Positions 35,376-47,878 of a DNA stretch of 64,000 nt are shown here, one piece after another. Source of the DNA: Dudresnaya verticillata (Eukaryota). How positions within the stretch are numbered: position 1 is the first letter of the stretch; every line of letters begins with the position of its first letter. The stretch lies in the NCBI GenBank assembly GCA_977862235.1, contig OZ374558.1, positions 2,356,001 to 2,420,000 on the forward strand. The letters are read 5' to 3'. A model generated the notes under the pieces. The model was not told the DNA's origin and made no database searches. It worked only from the letters and a program-made list of their open reading frames with translations. A program made the position numbers and the translations under genes.

Positions 35376-36681
35376 TGTCGTTTCAGGAACGGATAGTGGA
35401 CGCGAGGTGCGTATTGTGTTGCCTTTCGGCTCCTTTGCGGGAGCGACGAGCGGAGTATTCCCCTTCGTCGTTGACGATTAATGTAGCTGTAGTGGTCGAT
35501 CGCTAGGGCGAGGGGTTGTCCCCATTTGTCTTTAGCCCAGTAAACTTCGGCCATTGTCAGCGTCTTTGTGTGTCGCGTTTCGCGTTGACCTTAGGGTGTA
35601 ACCTTGTGCTCCACTTTCGACTTTGCGTCGTGTTCTTAGTTGTCCGCTACAGTAGCGTTGGCGTTTGATGCCTATAGCCTTGGCCGTGCGTTGGCGCTTG
35701 GCTGTGTGTGTCCAGTAGGGTCCGCTGTAGTAGCGTTGCTCTTCGTGTTTCACGCGTGGCGTTGTCGTATTTCCGCTTACTTAGCGTTTTGTTTTTTGTA
35801 GTTCATGTGTCGCACTGCGCCTTGGGCGTGGTTTGTTGGGTCACTCGCCTTGGGCGTGGTTTGTCGGCGTCCTCGACGACGGTCGCGAAGGCGGTGAGGT
35901 AGGTTTTGGCGCTTCGGCGTTGCCGCCCCTTTCGTCTTCGACGTTCCTCGTTGTGGGTAGGGTAGGGTTGTCGGTCGCGCTCGCGCGACTGCGCGGCGGC
36001 TGCAGGCAGCGGCGGAGTCTTTGGCGATTTGTTGGCGCGTCGTGCACGGAACCCGCAGCAACTGCGTCTTCGACCACCTTCCCCCCCCTTCGGGGGTGGG
36101 TTTGTCGGTGCGCCCCTTCTCGGAGAGTTACGTCGGAGACGTTCGATGGGTCTGGCGCGCGAGACCGTGGCCGGCAGGGTGGCGGTCCCAGGGACTTGGC
36201 CGTGGGGCGAGGCGCGTCTCGACGTCGGAGACGGTTGCCGTGCGCTGCCACTTTGCGCCTGTCGTCGCTGGGGCTCGTAGCACCTGCTCAGCCACTTGGC
36301 ATAATTGCGTTCGTCGTGCGTTGACGGCGGGGTGGTGCGCGCTGCCGTGTTTGGAAATTAAAATTGGACCAATTACTGCCTCATATTACCCGAGGGTCGC
36401 CGGCGGCGGATCTCGATTTGCGATCTGGATCCACTGTCAACAGCGCACCCATCTAGGAGGTCCGTATGGGGGCTGCTGCGAGGTGGCGTGCGCGAGGCTG
36501 TCTATGACGCAACGACTTGCGTCCGCGTTCGTCCATGGCGTGCACGCGTGGTTGGCGCTGTCGCTCCGGCGACCGCGTCCACAGGGCATGGGTTGAGCTT
36601 CCGCGCCGTTGGCGATCGTAGGTCGAGCACGTGGGCTCGATCGTCCGTCCATTCGCTTCCAGCGGTATTTCCGGACTATGG

Positions 36682-39600
36682 TTAGCCGCGTTGCGCGTCG
36701 TCGACGTTTGGCGGCAGCTGCATACGTTTACGACGGTGGTATCGTGTGACGTGGGAGCGCGGCAAACTGGAGACTGGCTCCCAGGTGTTCGCTGAAGCGG
36801 GGTATCCAAACCACTTGACGCGGTAGAGGATCTCCTCATCATCCGCGTATGCGTGCGACTCTATGCGTTCAATCACGTATTCTGTTCCGCTCAAAGCGTT
36901 CGGCTTCGACGCGGGCCTGTCCAGCGCCTTTGGCGGTTTGTCTCGTTGCGTGATGGGCGTCTGTGCCGGCTCGGCGAAGCGTACTCGACGAGTTGATCGC
37001 CGAAGGCGTTGGCCTTGGGCCTCGGACGCTCGATCAGAGGTCGGTGGATTGTTGCGTCTTGAGACGAGTTCATCGCTTGCAGCGCCGTGCTTCGTGCTTG
37101 CACGGTTAACGTCTTCTTTATCGGACGCGCTTTCAGCGGAGTCATTGTTCTCATTCGGCGGTGCCGTAGCGACGTGTTCCAAACGGGTGCGAACCCCTGG
37201 GGTACTGTCGTCGTTGGAGACGGATTGCGAAGCGCGATCGTTGGGATCGGCGGCGAAGGGCGAAAGCTCTGCCAACCCACGACTGCGTGACGCTGTGATC
37301 GTACGCTCTTGCGGATCTCCCGCAATATGCGAAGTCTCTGCGTCCCCCTCCGGGTCCGCTGGTGGCGTGCTTGGGGTAGTTGTCCCTTCGTCTTGTGACG
37401 TGGGGGCGACTGCGTCCTGCTCCTCAGGCGGGCCTGGTGGTACGACGATTGGAGGGGCCGCCTGACCCGGTGGGGTCGGCGCCCAGACCACGCGGTCTCG
37501 GGACAAACGTTCCCGCTCATCACGTCCCTTGTCGACGGTTACTGTCTCGTTATCAACGTGAGTTACCCGGTATGGTCCGTCCGCCACTGGCGCCAGCTTA
37601 TGCTTACGCTCTGCGCGATCCGTGCGCCCGCCTCGGGCGAAGTATTCCTTACGTACGAATACGAAGTCGCCTACGACGATTGCTTCCTTCGATTTCCTTA
37701 AGCAGGTATCGAAGTTTCGTTTGTAACGTGCTTGAGTTTTCGCTAACGACGCTTTAGCGGTTCCCATCAGTGCGGCCAGCCAGGTTAGCCACTTGGTGTA
37801 GTATTGCCCCGCGGTGGGTACGCTTTCGAGCGAAGGTTCCGCTTCGAGCGACAGGGGCCGTGGTGGCTTAGACAGCACCAGTTCAAACGGAGCGAGATGC
37901 GTAGACGAATGCAACTGCGTGTTGTATGCGAACGTCAAGGCATCCGTGAACAGGTCCCAGTCTCTCGGATGATCCGCAACGTAGTGACGCAGCGAGGCCA
38001 GGATAGTTCGATTAAATCGTTCTACCTGGCCATTGCATTGCGGATGGTACGTCGTGGTGAAGAGGTTCTCCACTCCCAACAGACGGCAGATATCCTGAAA
38101 CAGCTTAGCCACAAACTGTGGTCCGTTGTCGGACAACAGTTTCTTGGGAGGACCGTACACGAAGACCCAATGTCGTACAAACGCCTTAGCGATCTCCAAT
38201 GCCGTAATACTACGCAGTGGGACCGTCCGGACCAGCTTCGAGAAGCGGTCCACAATGACGAGTAGGAACTTGTTTCCTCGCTTCGTGCGTATGAGTTCGC
38301 CCAGGATGAACAACTTCAATTGCTTGGTGTTCTTTCGTAGTAATACGCGATTCTTAGCGCAAGTGACGCAGTTGCGGACGGTCGCATAGCAGTCCACCGG
38401 CATCGATGGCCAATAGTATTCGCGTCGAAGCGTATGATACAACTTACGCCCCCCTGGGTGCCCCGCCAACTTGGCGTGGTGCCGGAGGTGGAGTAAGCGA
38501 GCGCGTAACGCGGAGGGTACGACCACCTGCGGACGGACTTCCACTTTGCGGACCAACAGGCCCTGTTCATCCGTTGCGAACGGTAATATGATTCCGTCAT
38601 CCAGACGTTTCTTGACATCGTTACAGTATTTGTCATCGCCTTGGGCGTGTACCAACTCCTCATGCGTCACTTGACGAAAGAGTACCTCATCCGCCGGTGG
38701 CGTGTCGTTGACCAACACCTGGTCGAACTCTTCGAACTCTCGTTCGGCAAAGTCGACCTCGCCTTCGGCGTCTGACAGATCGTCTTGTGACGTTTGATAG
38801 CCGTCTTCGACGTAGCTTCCGTGATAGCACGGTATATCATCGTCAATGGGCTCGACGGTTTCTCCCTTCGTCTGTAGACGCGAAAGGGCATCTGCCTGGG
38901 TATTCAGGTACCCCTTTTTGTACTTCACGACAAAGTCGAACTCGGAAACGCGAAGGCGCCACCGCATTAACCGTCCAGAGGGGTCGCTGATTTCTATCAG
39001 CCACCTCAACGACGAATGGTCCGTATGGACTGTGAACGACTCCATCTGGAGGTAAGGTCGCAGCGTCATGACGGACCATACTACTGCGAGGCACTCCTTT
39101 TCGGAGACCGAGTAGTTACGCTCTGGAGCGGTGAGCGAGCGGGACCAGAAGCCGAGCGGCTTACGTTCCCCGTCGGACTGCGTCTGAAAGAGAGCGCAGC
39201 CGACCTGATAATCGCTTGCGTCACAATCGACGGAATAGGGGAGACCCTGCTGTGGTAGCGCCAGTATAGGCGGATGAGTCACGGCCTCGACGAGCGTACT
39301 GAACGCTTTGGATTGCGTCTCATCAAACGGTTGTAACCGGAAGTCCTGTTCCTTCCTCAGCAACTTGTTGAGGGGGGCAGCGACATGCGCGTATCGCGAG
39401 ACGAACCGTCTTTAGACGTTACAAAGACCGAGAAAACTCCGTAGCTCCTTCTGATCCCGTGGATGCTTGGCTTCGCGTAGCGCGGCAGTGACAGTTCGGT
39501 CAACTTCTAACCGTCCTGGACGTATGACGTGTCCTAAGTAGTTGACGGTCGGGGTGAAGAAGTCACACTTGGTCAACTTCAGAGTCACCCCGGCGCGGTG

Positions 39601-41363
39601 CAATGTCGAAAGGATTTCGTCAACATGACGGAAGTGACTGTCGATGTCGCTGGAGAAGATTATTACGTCATCGAGGTAGACGAGGCACGAACGCCACTTG
39701 TAACCAGCGAGCAGGATGTCCAACGTTCGTTGAAACGTAGCGGGTGCGTTCGTGAGACCGAATGGCATACGCTTATAGCGGAACAGTCCGGCGTGGCACG
39801 TGAACGCAGTCTTATCGCGGTCTCGCGGGTTGATCGGCACTTGCCAGTACCCATTGTTACAGTCTAGGGTGGTGAAGACGTTTGCTTCCCCTAGACTGTC
39901 GATTCATTCGTCGATACGCGGCAGCGGGTACGTGTCCCGTATGGTTACTGCGTTTAAACGACGGTAGTCCACGCAAAAGCGGAGGGTCCCGTCCTTCTTG
40001 GGGGCGAAGACCACAGGTGACGCCCACGGCGATTGTGCGGGTTCGATAACCCCTTGACGCAGCATGCGGTCCACTTCCGCTTGAGCGAGTTGTCTTTGCT
40101 TCGGCCCCGCTCGGTAGGGTGGGGACGATATCGGTCTAGAACCGGGAAGCAAGTCGATGTAGTGCTCCGTGGTTGAGATTTCTCCCAACGACCCGTCCCA
40201 CATAGACGAATACTTGCGCAACATCTCCTTGAGTCGGCCTTGATGCTCGGCGGGGAGATGTCCCAGGTCTAAATCGTCTACTGACGAAGGTTTGGCAGTG
40301 GTTGCCTCGATAGACTTCGTGAAAGTATCCGGCTGTGCCGCAGTGTTATCATTCGTTTGAAAACGGAAATCTTGGTTTGCCTTCTCTTCCTCGGCTTGTT
40401 CCTCGGTGAGGCCCAAAACATCAGCTAGACTTACGTGACTGGGGAACACTGCTGTCGGATGTGGTAACGCCGTCGCGACGACTTGGCCCTTGGCTAACGC
40501 CTGCGGGCGGGGAGAGAAGTTGGCAACCAGAATGCGAAACGCTTTTAGCGGCTCCACTTGAGCAATCCCGTTCGTAACGGCCAGACCTTGTTTTTCGTAC
40601 AGCGTTCCGAACGGTTGAATTGTGATGATGCCGGCGCGCTCGGTGGTCACCGATACCCATTGCTGCGCCTTAGGCGGGATGATCGCGCGCTCGGCAACTC
40701 GGATCTTGGGCGACGTCCTCCCTTCGGCCTTGCCGTATTCCTGTTCCGTTGGTAACGGAGGATAAGACGGGGGTCGGCGCAGCGGGCGGCGCGTTATAGG
40801 GACACGAGTCCCGTCATCCAATTCAACCTCGCGACTTCGCGGATATATTGCTTCGACAAAGCGGTCGCAAAAGTCGCAGCCGAGTATAACCGGCGCAGCG
40901 AGTTGTTCGCAAACGATCAGTTCCAACTTGACGACTCTCCGTCCTAGACGAACGACCAGGTCGATGGTGCCTCTTGTCTGGATCGACTTGTTGTTGGCGT
41001 CGGCTATGACGGGGAGGCTCTTTGCCACGATGCGCGATCGCGCTTCCAGCGGAATATCGTCAATGCGAATGAAATTCGGACCAGCCCCCGTGTCGAGGAC
41101 AGTGAGTTTACGTGCCAAGGTACTAACGGTTACGCCCAAGTCGGCGTACACCTTATAGTTCCTTTTGGCCATTACGAACAACTGTCCTCGCGCCTGTGGG
41201 GGTTGGTACCTTCGCCATGGGCGTTTTAATGACGTCTGTGACGACTCTATCCGCCCGTCGGCGTCATCAATAACTAACTTCGGGCCCTCCTTCCGTGTCA
41301 GCACCCGAGGCCTAGGCCTCTCTTCGTGGTGCGACACCCCAGTGTCAGGATTTGGTGCCCGAG
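36682..41363 (-). pseudogene. pol: pol of inner gypsy element (PR-RT-RNaseH-IN-chromodomain) with two in-frame stops
   Basis: Motifs [68 protein letters not shown] and YRVKWFGY..TWEP. Stops at 39904-39906 and 39412-39414 are in the same frame. Confidence 0.93.
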
Positions 41364-43881
41364 TTAGTTTCTCTCCTGCGGCGGTGGTTGCGGCGCTGCA
41401 TAGCGGTTGATCATCGTCGGGTGACGTTCGGCCGCGTGCGGCATGGGTCCGCCCCGTGGCGATTGTGGTCGTGCAGCACGGCGAGCAGCGTCGCGAGTCG
41501 CGCGTTCCTTACAACGCACATACGCATCAGCGGGGACACCAGCCTTCTCGGCTTCGGTTAGTCCTTCATAGTTGGTAATAACCTTCATGAAGTCGCTCAT
41601 GCGGAGGAAGCAGTCCGGCGCGATGTGTCCGCGGGCGTAGCATTGGTGGCATACCAGCTGCCGACGTGCGTCTTGACGGGGTGGGCCTCTGTCCTGCCAT
41701 CCTGGCCTTGCTCGGTGGACGTGAGGAGCATACTCGGAATAGGGGACGCGTGGCGCTGGTACGACCGAGCGCCCAAAGGCGAGAGTAGGGTCCATATCCC
41801 TTTCGTCTTCGTCATCGACGTAACTGTCTGTCGGTAGGGCCGATGTTGGCACCGACGCTTGTTCGTCTGCCAAGTACAAATCGCCTTCGGCGTGTGTTTC
41901 CATGTCATCGACAGGGCAACTTACGTCTCGGAACTCGACGGAGGACTCCGCTATCATAGCGCGCGCTCCAGGCTTGGCGCCTCTCGTCGGTGGACGCAGT
42001 ACCCCTCGGGCATCGCCGATGGCGGATCGCGGTGTGCGTACGGCTTGAGCCGGTGTCAGTAAGTCGCGTCGTGCTGACGTGGAACCGGCTCTGCCGTGTC
42101 GTGCGCGGTTGGCATCCCCTTCGTCCTGTGCGAAGTGGACCAGCCGCTCAAATGACAACTCCGCCCTTGGCGTTTCTTCTCGGAAGCGAGCGACCAGGGA
42201 CCTGATCGACGGATCTAACCCGTCGATGTACAGCGTCATCTTTTCCCAATCGGGATATACGTTACCGCAACGAATACACGCACCGGCTAGCCGCATCCCA
42301 TAGGTCTTCTCGTCCTCGCCTTGCTTTTGGGCAGTCGACCGTAGGGCGAGGACAGCGTCCCTGATCGCCGCTGGCGTAGCATACGTACGGAGGAGGTACT
42401 GTACCGCCTCCGGATACGAAGACACCCCGCCGCGATGGCGAGAAGACGTCGACTTGACGGAGCGGAATTGCGTGGCTGCCGTACCTCGCAAGAAGTACGG
42501 CAGCGCGACGAACGCTTGGGCTTCGCTCATCTCCAGCGTATCGGCTTCATCCGCGTAACGCGTCAGGAACTCGAGGACCATGACGGGGTCGCTGCCGTTG
42601 AAGGCGGCGTCCTTCATGGTCAGCTCCAGTCGCTTAATGTGGTCCTTGACCTTGCCCGTATCGCGCCCTGAGCGTTTTTGTCCTACGTCTTTGAGACGGT
42701 AAGTCCGGTACGATAATAGCTGATCGGAAAGGGGGTTGGAGGGGCGTAGCTCCTTCAACCCCTTGAACCGCTTTCCGCGAGGTCTTGCGGCACTGCCGAG
42801 AGTTGGGAAGTCGTCGTCTTCAGACGAAGAGTCCGATGACTCTCCGTCACTTGACGAGTCCGAAGACGATGAGGATGAGTCCCCTCGTCGATGACGATTC
42901 TTCTTCCGTCTCTGACGTAGCTTCCGACGGCGTTTCTTCCGGTCCTTACGTCTGTGACGATCTTCGCCTGAGCTCTCGTCACCTGACGGCGGACCACTGC
43001 GCCACTTGGCGGTTTCGAGACGCTCTAAGCGGGTATCAAGTCGCTGAAAGCGTTCGCGTGAGCTAAGCTCAGAATGCGAATGAACCGTTACTGCCGGCGG
43101 TGGTTGTGTACCCCCGCCTTGGGCGGTTTGGTTCGTCAATAGACGGTCGAGGTCGGAGCGTAGCCCTTGTAGGGCGTCGTTCCGATCCTCTTCCAACGTC
43201 TGTAGACGACTTGCGATTCCTCCGACACTGTCGTCCAGCAACCCGGCGAACCGAGGGAGCATCGCATCGTCCTCTAAGACGCACACCTCTCGGAACCGTT
43301 CGCGTGGTATCGTTACGTTACTCACGCGGACGGCCGAGGGTGACGCCGTTGGCGGTTGGATTTCGCGGTTGGACCGGTCGGGTGTCCCTTGCGCCCTTTG
43401 ACTTGGCGAATTCGGCTTAGCCGGCGAACAACCGGCACTGCCGTGGGGCGTGGGGCAACATGCCCCTTGTGTCAATGGTTCGTCAGCGACGTTGCGCTCC
43501 GCGGAGTGCGCTTGATCGTCGTTGACGGGGATGGTTGGTTGATCGGGAAGTTCCGGTTGTCCCGCGACGATGTCGGCTTGTGTTCCGTCTACGACGTCCT
43601 GTTGCTCGGCTTGTACTGTATCAGCCGAGTCAACGTAGGAGCGGTAGGTGCGCAGGGCCGATCCCTCGGGGACGGAGGTGCGGACGACGACGGGGTTGTG
43701 GCGCGTCGGCGGGGGAGGTAACTCTCCTCCGTTGAGCGACGCGTCGGAGCCCGGGGCTCACAAGGCGCCCAGACCTCGTTGTCATCCGCTGTAGCGACCG
43801 TTCAGACGCGGGTACACTCCCAGGCGTCGAAGACGGTCTTCTTGAACTTGGGCCTCGCGACGGCGGCGGTCGTGAGGCCAT
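41364..43881 (-). CDS. gag: gag of inner gypsy element (main ORF 41364-43475, probable frameshifted N-terminus from ATG 43881)
   Basis: [34 protein letters not shown] and CCHC knuckle [14 protein letters not shown]. Confidence 0.85.
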
Positions 43882-43988
43882 GATACAATCGTAGAGTTGC
43901 TTGAACGTCGTGGACGATTAGCGACAAACGTCAGAGACGGAAAGTCGGACGTCGCGCGACGGAGAAACTCGTTGAAACGTAGCACTGC

Positions 43989-44006
43989 TTCTAGGTCGGG
44001 AGACCA
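43989..44006 (-). promoter_or_regulatory. Primer binding site of inner gypsy element
   Basis: TGGTCTCCCGACCTAGAA, 2 nt after the 5' LTR. Complementary to a tRNA ending ..CGGGAGACCA (Tyr-like, inferred). Confidence 0.8.
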
Positions 44007-44008
44007 GA

Positions 44009-44922
44009 TGTGGTGCAAAGCGTCCAGTGACGATAGACCGCCGAGCAGTTCGGGGCTCGGTGGGTAGCTGCGCCCTCGGCGGTAGGTAGTCCCGCCGTGG
44101 GCGACTTGGTGGTAGAGCAAAAGGGGCACGCCTTGGGCGGACTGTAAACGCCCGAGGCGGAAAGGAAGGAAAAGGGAAAGAGAAAGGGAACACGTCAAGG
44201 ACGATGGTAGACGTGGAAGCACGGGAGGTAGACGCTTAGCCGTAGGCAGCGGTAGAATGCGCGCGTGCGGAACGGGGAAGTCTGGACCAAGGCCGGCTTG
44301 CCCGGGCGTTTACTGTGACGTCTGGGACGGCTTACCTAAGTATAGTACGGCGGCGCGGCGGTGTGCGTGTAGCGCGGGAACTCGGGACACGTGTCGTCCC
44401 GAGGCGCGTCTGACAGATCACGCGTCGCATGCAGCCGCGCGTCTGATAGATCGCCGTACAATCCCCTGTGTGGGTGCCTACACGTACACGTGGACGCGTG
44501 TGTCTTACAGCCGCGCGTGCGCGCGCACTGTAGAGCGTGTGCCTTAGATCTAATCTGGTACTTGCCCGATCCTGATCCCATCCGGATCGGGCCAGCAATG
44601 CTGATACCCGCAGCCTTACAGGCGCATACCTTACAGCTTAGGCGATCCAGATAGCCAATCTGGATGCCGGATCCGGATGCGATCCGGATCCGGATGCGAT
44701 CCGGATCCGCGCTACAGTGCCCCGGGGCGCCAGGTCGGCCCAGCACTGTACGGTGCCCGCGTGGCGCGCGGCGCGCAGTGCGCGCGCGCGCCTCAGCAAG
44801 CCGTCGATGACGTGTTCGCGCGCCAACGGCGGTGGTGAGCGCCGGTGGCGGTTTCTCCGTCGGTCGACGTGTTTAGTCCGACCGCTTTCAGCGAAAAAGG
44901 GCTCGCCTCCCCTTGCACCACA
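44009..44922 (-). repeat. 5' LTR of inner gypsy element (914 bp)
   Basis: Direct repeat of 31553-32466. Confidence 0.95.
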
Positions 44923-44927
44923 CTCGT

Positions 44928-47453
44928 ATGCTCTCCATATTGGATACACGGGCGGGCCCTAATCTCATCCGCGCGGATGTTCTATCACCGGAACGCAAGA
45001 AACGGATTTCTACAACGCGGATAATTGTGCACTTGACCTCCGAGTCAGTTCATCGACTAACTACACTGGGAACAGTCTCCCTGATAATCAGGCTCGGTTC
45101 CTACCGACGCGTGCGATTACCAAATTGTTTGCGCGCTAATGCAAGCCGAAGAAGACGGAACTCGACACCCGATAGGCTTCTGGAGCCGAGGGCTGACGAA
45201 GGCAGAGAAGAATTACTCTGTAGGCGAAAAGGAGTGCCTAGCAGTGGTCTGGGTGGCACAATTGCTCAGGCCCTATCTAGAAAGGTCCCACTTTGACCTG
45301 TATACAGACCATCAAGCGCTGAAATTGATGATGAGCATGACAGATGCTTCCGGACGGTTGGCCCGTTGGAGATTACGCCTCCTGGAATACGACTTAACGG
45401 TCCGGTATCGAAAAGGCAAAAAGAATCAGATTGCTGATGCCGTATCTCGGTTGCCCACGTATGGCTTCACGCCATGGGAACCGGACCTGGAGATCCCGTG
45501 TTTAGTCCTCGGGACTGATCAGAGGGACGAAACCTGCGAAAGGTCGCGATCGGAACCCAATACGCGACCGTTGGAAACGTGGGAAATCGAACCCGTCGAT
45601 GAGTCCGATTCGGATGACGAAACGATCATCGCCCAAGTGGCCGAGAAGGAATCTGGACAAAAGGGACTATCCCTCATATCCACCGAAGAATTGCTCCGTG
45701 AGCAGAAAACAGATGAATTCTGTATCTAAGTCCGACGGAACCTCGAGGCCGCGAAGCCTGGTTTCTATCTCGAGGACGAACGAGGAATTCTAGTCCGGAA
45801 GTCGTATATAGACAAGGCGATACATGTTCTCATACCTCGTTCTCTTAAGGAAAGGGCGTGACACTTAGCTCAATACCCCGAGATGGCGGGACACCCGGGT
45901 GGCACCCGGATATACCACAATGTGCGAAGAAACGTATATTGGCCTGAGATGGCATTGGATGTGTACGCCACAGTGCGCAATTGTGTCAAGTGCGCGCAAG
46001 AGCGGGTGAAGTTGGGGAAACATGCTTCGCACATGAAGATCTTCCGGGCGACCATGCCGCTGGAGTTTGTAGGAATCTATATCCTGGGTCCGTTGCCCGC
46101 TCTGGGAAAGGAAACGAGTTCCTGTTGGTTATGACGGACCGCTTCTCAAAGCTGACGTGAGCGATACCAATGAAAACAGTAACCACCTATACAGTGGCGA
46201 AGGCGTTTTGGAATCATTGGATCTTTATCTATGGACCGCCCCGTTACGTCCTTTCAGACAATGGATCTCAATTTGCATCTAAGTTCTTTCTCGCCGTGTG
46301 CGATATCCTACGGATTCGAAACATCTTCACGTCGACATACCATCCCCAATCTAATGGGCGAACCGAGAGGTTCAACCGCGCCATCCTAGCGGGCCTTCGC
46401 CGCTTCATAGCGGAAGACCAAAGGGACTGCGACGAGTTCACCTCAGCGCTCACGTACGCTTAAAATACAGCAGTGCATCGCGCTACAGGGTTAGCCTCTT
46501 TTGGCTTGGTTTTGTCAAATCCGCCGACTTCCCTATTATTGGAGCAAGCGGAAACGGTAGAAATTGACGGAATACCCGCTACGAATGTCAAGAAGCGCCT
46601 AACCGCTCGGCTGGAAAAGCTCATGGATACGGCTCTGCCTAGGATACAACTAGCGCAAAAGCGCTATGAAACCAACTTCAATAACCGTATTCGGCCGGCC
46701 AACCAAAAGGTACGCCCTGGATCGTGGGTATTCCTCGAACGGGAAACCAAAGTGAAGGACGCTTCAGGTGTGGCGGGAGAAGGGAAACTGTTCCCGAAAG
46801 CCCTTGGGCCATATAAGGTTCTCGAGAGAGGAACCCATGTGGTATTTCTCGGCATCAAGGGCGGCAGAGAAACAATCTCTTTGGATCGAATCACTTTGGC
46901 TCCATCGCCACATGAAGCGCCGCTTGCACTAGACATGAGTCCCATTGTAGTGGGATTGCCACCGGAGACAGGTACAGCACCTTCAAGTAGCCCAACTGGG
47001 CCAGCCGACGGGACCAGCAAAAAGGCCACTGGGCCCCCGATGAACACGGCATCAGGCGGTAATGAACCGGCACACCCCGACGCTGCTGGTGCTGAATGCG
47101 AGACACTGGCTGACACACTTGGGGATGGGCAACCTAGCGGTGCCCATACGGCGCCTGTTGTGCCACAACCACAGGAGAATGCTCCTATGGACGATGAAAT
47201 GGACGCGCCATCACCTACGCCGGCAGTGGGTGAAGGGACGACAAGCGGCAAATTCTCGAGCTTCAAAAAGACACCACCACGCGAACACGTGTACGAAAGG
47301 ATCGTTTCCTATGACCCCGACACACACCTCTATCGTGTGCGGTGGTTCCAGAGCCCGGATTCAAAGGACACCTGGGAGCCAAAGGGGCATCTCCCTCACA
47401 ATTTGGTGGCGAGGCACCACCGCCAAAAAGGGATACCTTTCCCTGACAATTAG
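44928..47453 (+). pseudogene. pol: Remainder of outer gypsy pol: partial protease, RNase H, integrase and chromodomain; RT absent
   Basis: LDTRAGPNLI, then directly TDACDYQ..PIGFWSR, GHPGG..CVKC, SDNGSQF, NGRTERFNR and YRVRWFQ..TWEP; many stops and frameshifts. Confidence 0.88.
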
Positions 47454-47729
47454 CGCAGTGAATAACCGCGTTGAGTAGGGCGCCGGGCCTACAAGTAGTC
47501 TCAATCGGACACACACAAACAGGCAGTAGTTATGCTGTATGAAGTCAGATCTCCCGACTATGAGATATAATCGTTTATGAGTGGAGATAGAACCTGGTTC
47601 CGTTTCGAAACGGGCACCCTCGCGCCTAAATAAGTAGAGCATATGGGCTATGTGTGGGATTCGCCCATGACTGGGCGCACAGAAGCAGTGGTTAGCCTCT
47701 CAAAATATGAGCCAATATAGATGGCTACA

Positions 47730-47878
47730 GAAGAGTCAAGACTCTGGATAGATGTGGAAATGGATAGATGTGGAAATGGATAGATGAAAGAAGAGTCAAG
47801 ACTCTGGATAGATGTATATCATGGATAGATGTTAGAAGGATTGAATCCTGGATAGATGAATGGAAATGGATAGATGTA
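47730..47878. repeat. Compound tandem repeat (TGGATAGATG[TGGAAA] units within ~60-bp higher-order units)
   Basis: GAAGAGTCAAGACTCTGGATAGATG at 47730 and 47790, with repeated TGGATAGATG. Confidence 0.85.

Larger units (their letters stand above)
31553..44922 (-). mobile_element. Young Ty3/gypsy chromodomain LTR retrotransposon (13.4 kb), 5-bp TSD CTCGT
   Basis: 914-bp LTRs with TGTGGTGCAA..TTGCACCACA termini. TSD at 31548-31552 and 44923-44927. Has PBS, PPT and gag-PR-RT-RH-IN-chromo. Confidence 0.97.

Noticed and set aside
36863..37523. 200-aa overlapping ORFs in the integrase-chromodomain linker (also 46664-47266)
   Set aside because: Shadow frames of GC-rich pol sequence
47730..47878. Possible CRISPR-like repeat array
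   Set aside because: No unique spacers and no cas genes; eukaryotic TE 3' region; simple compound tandem repeat
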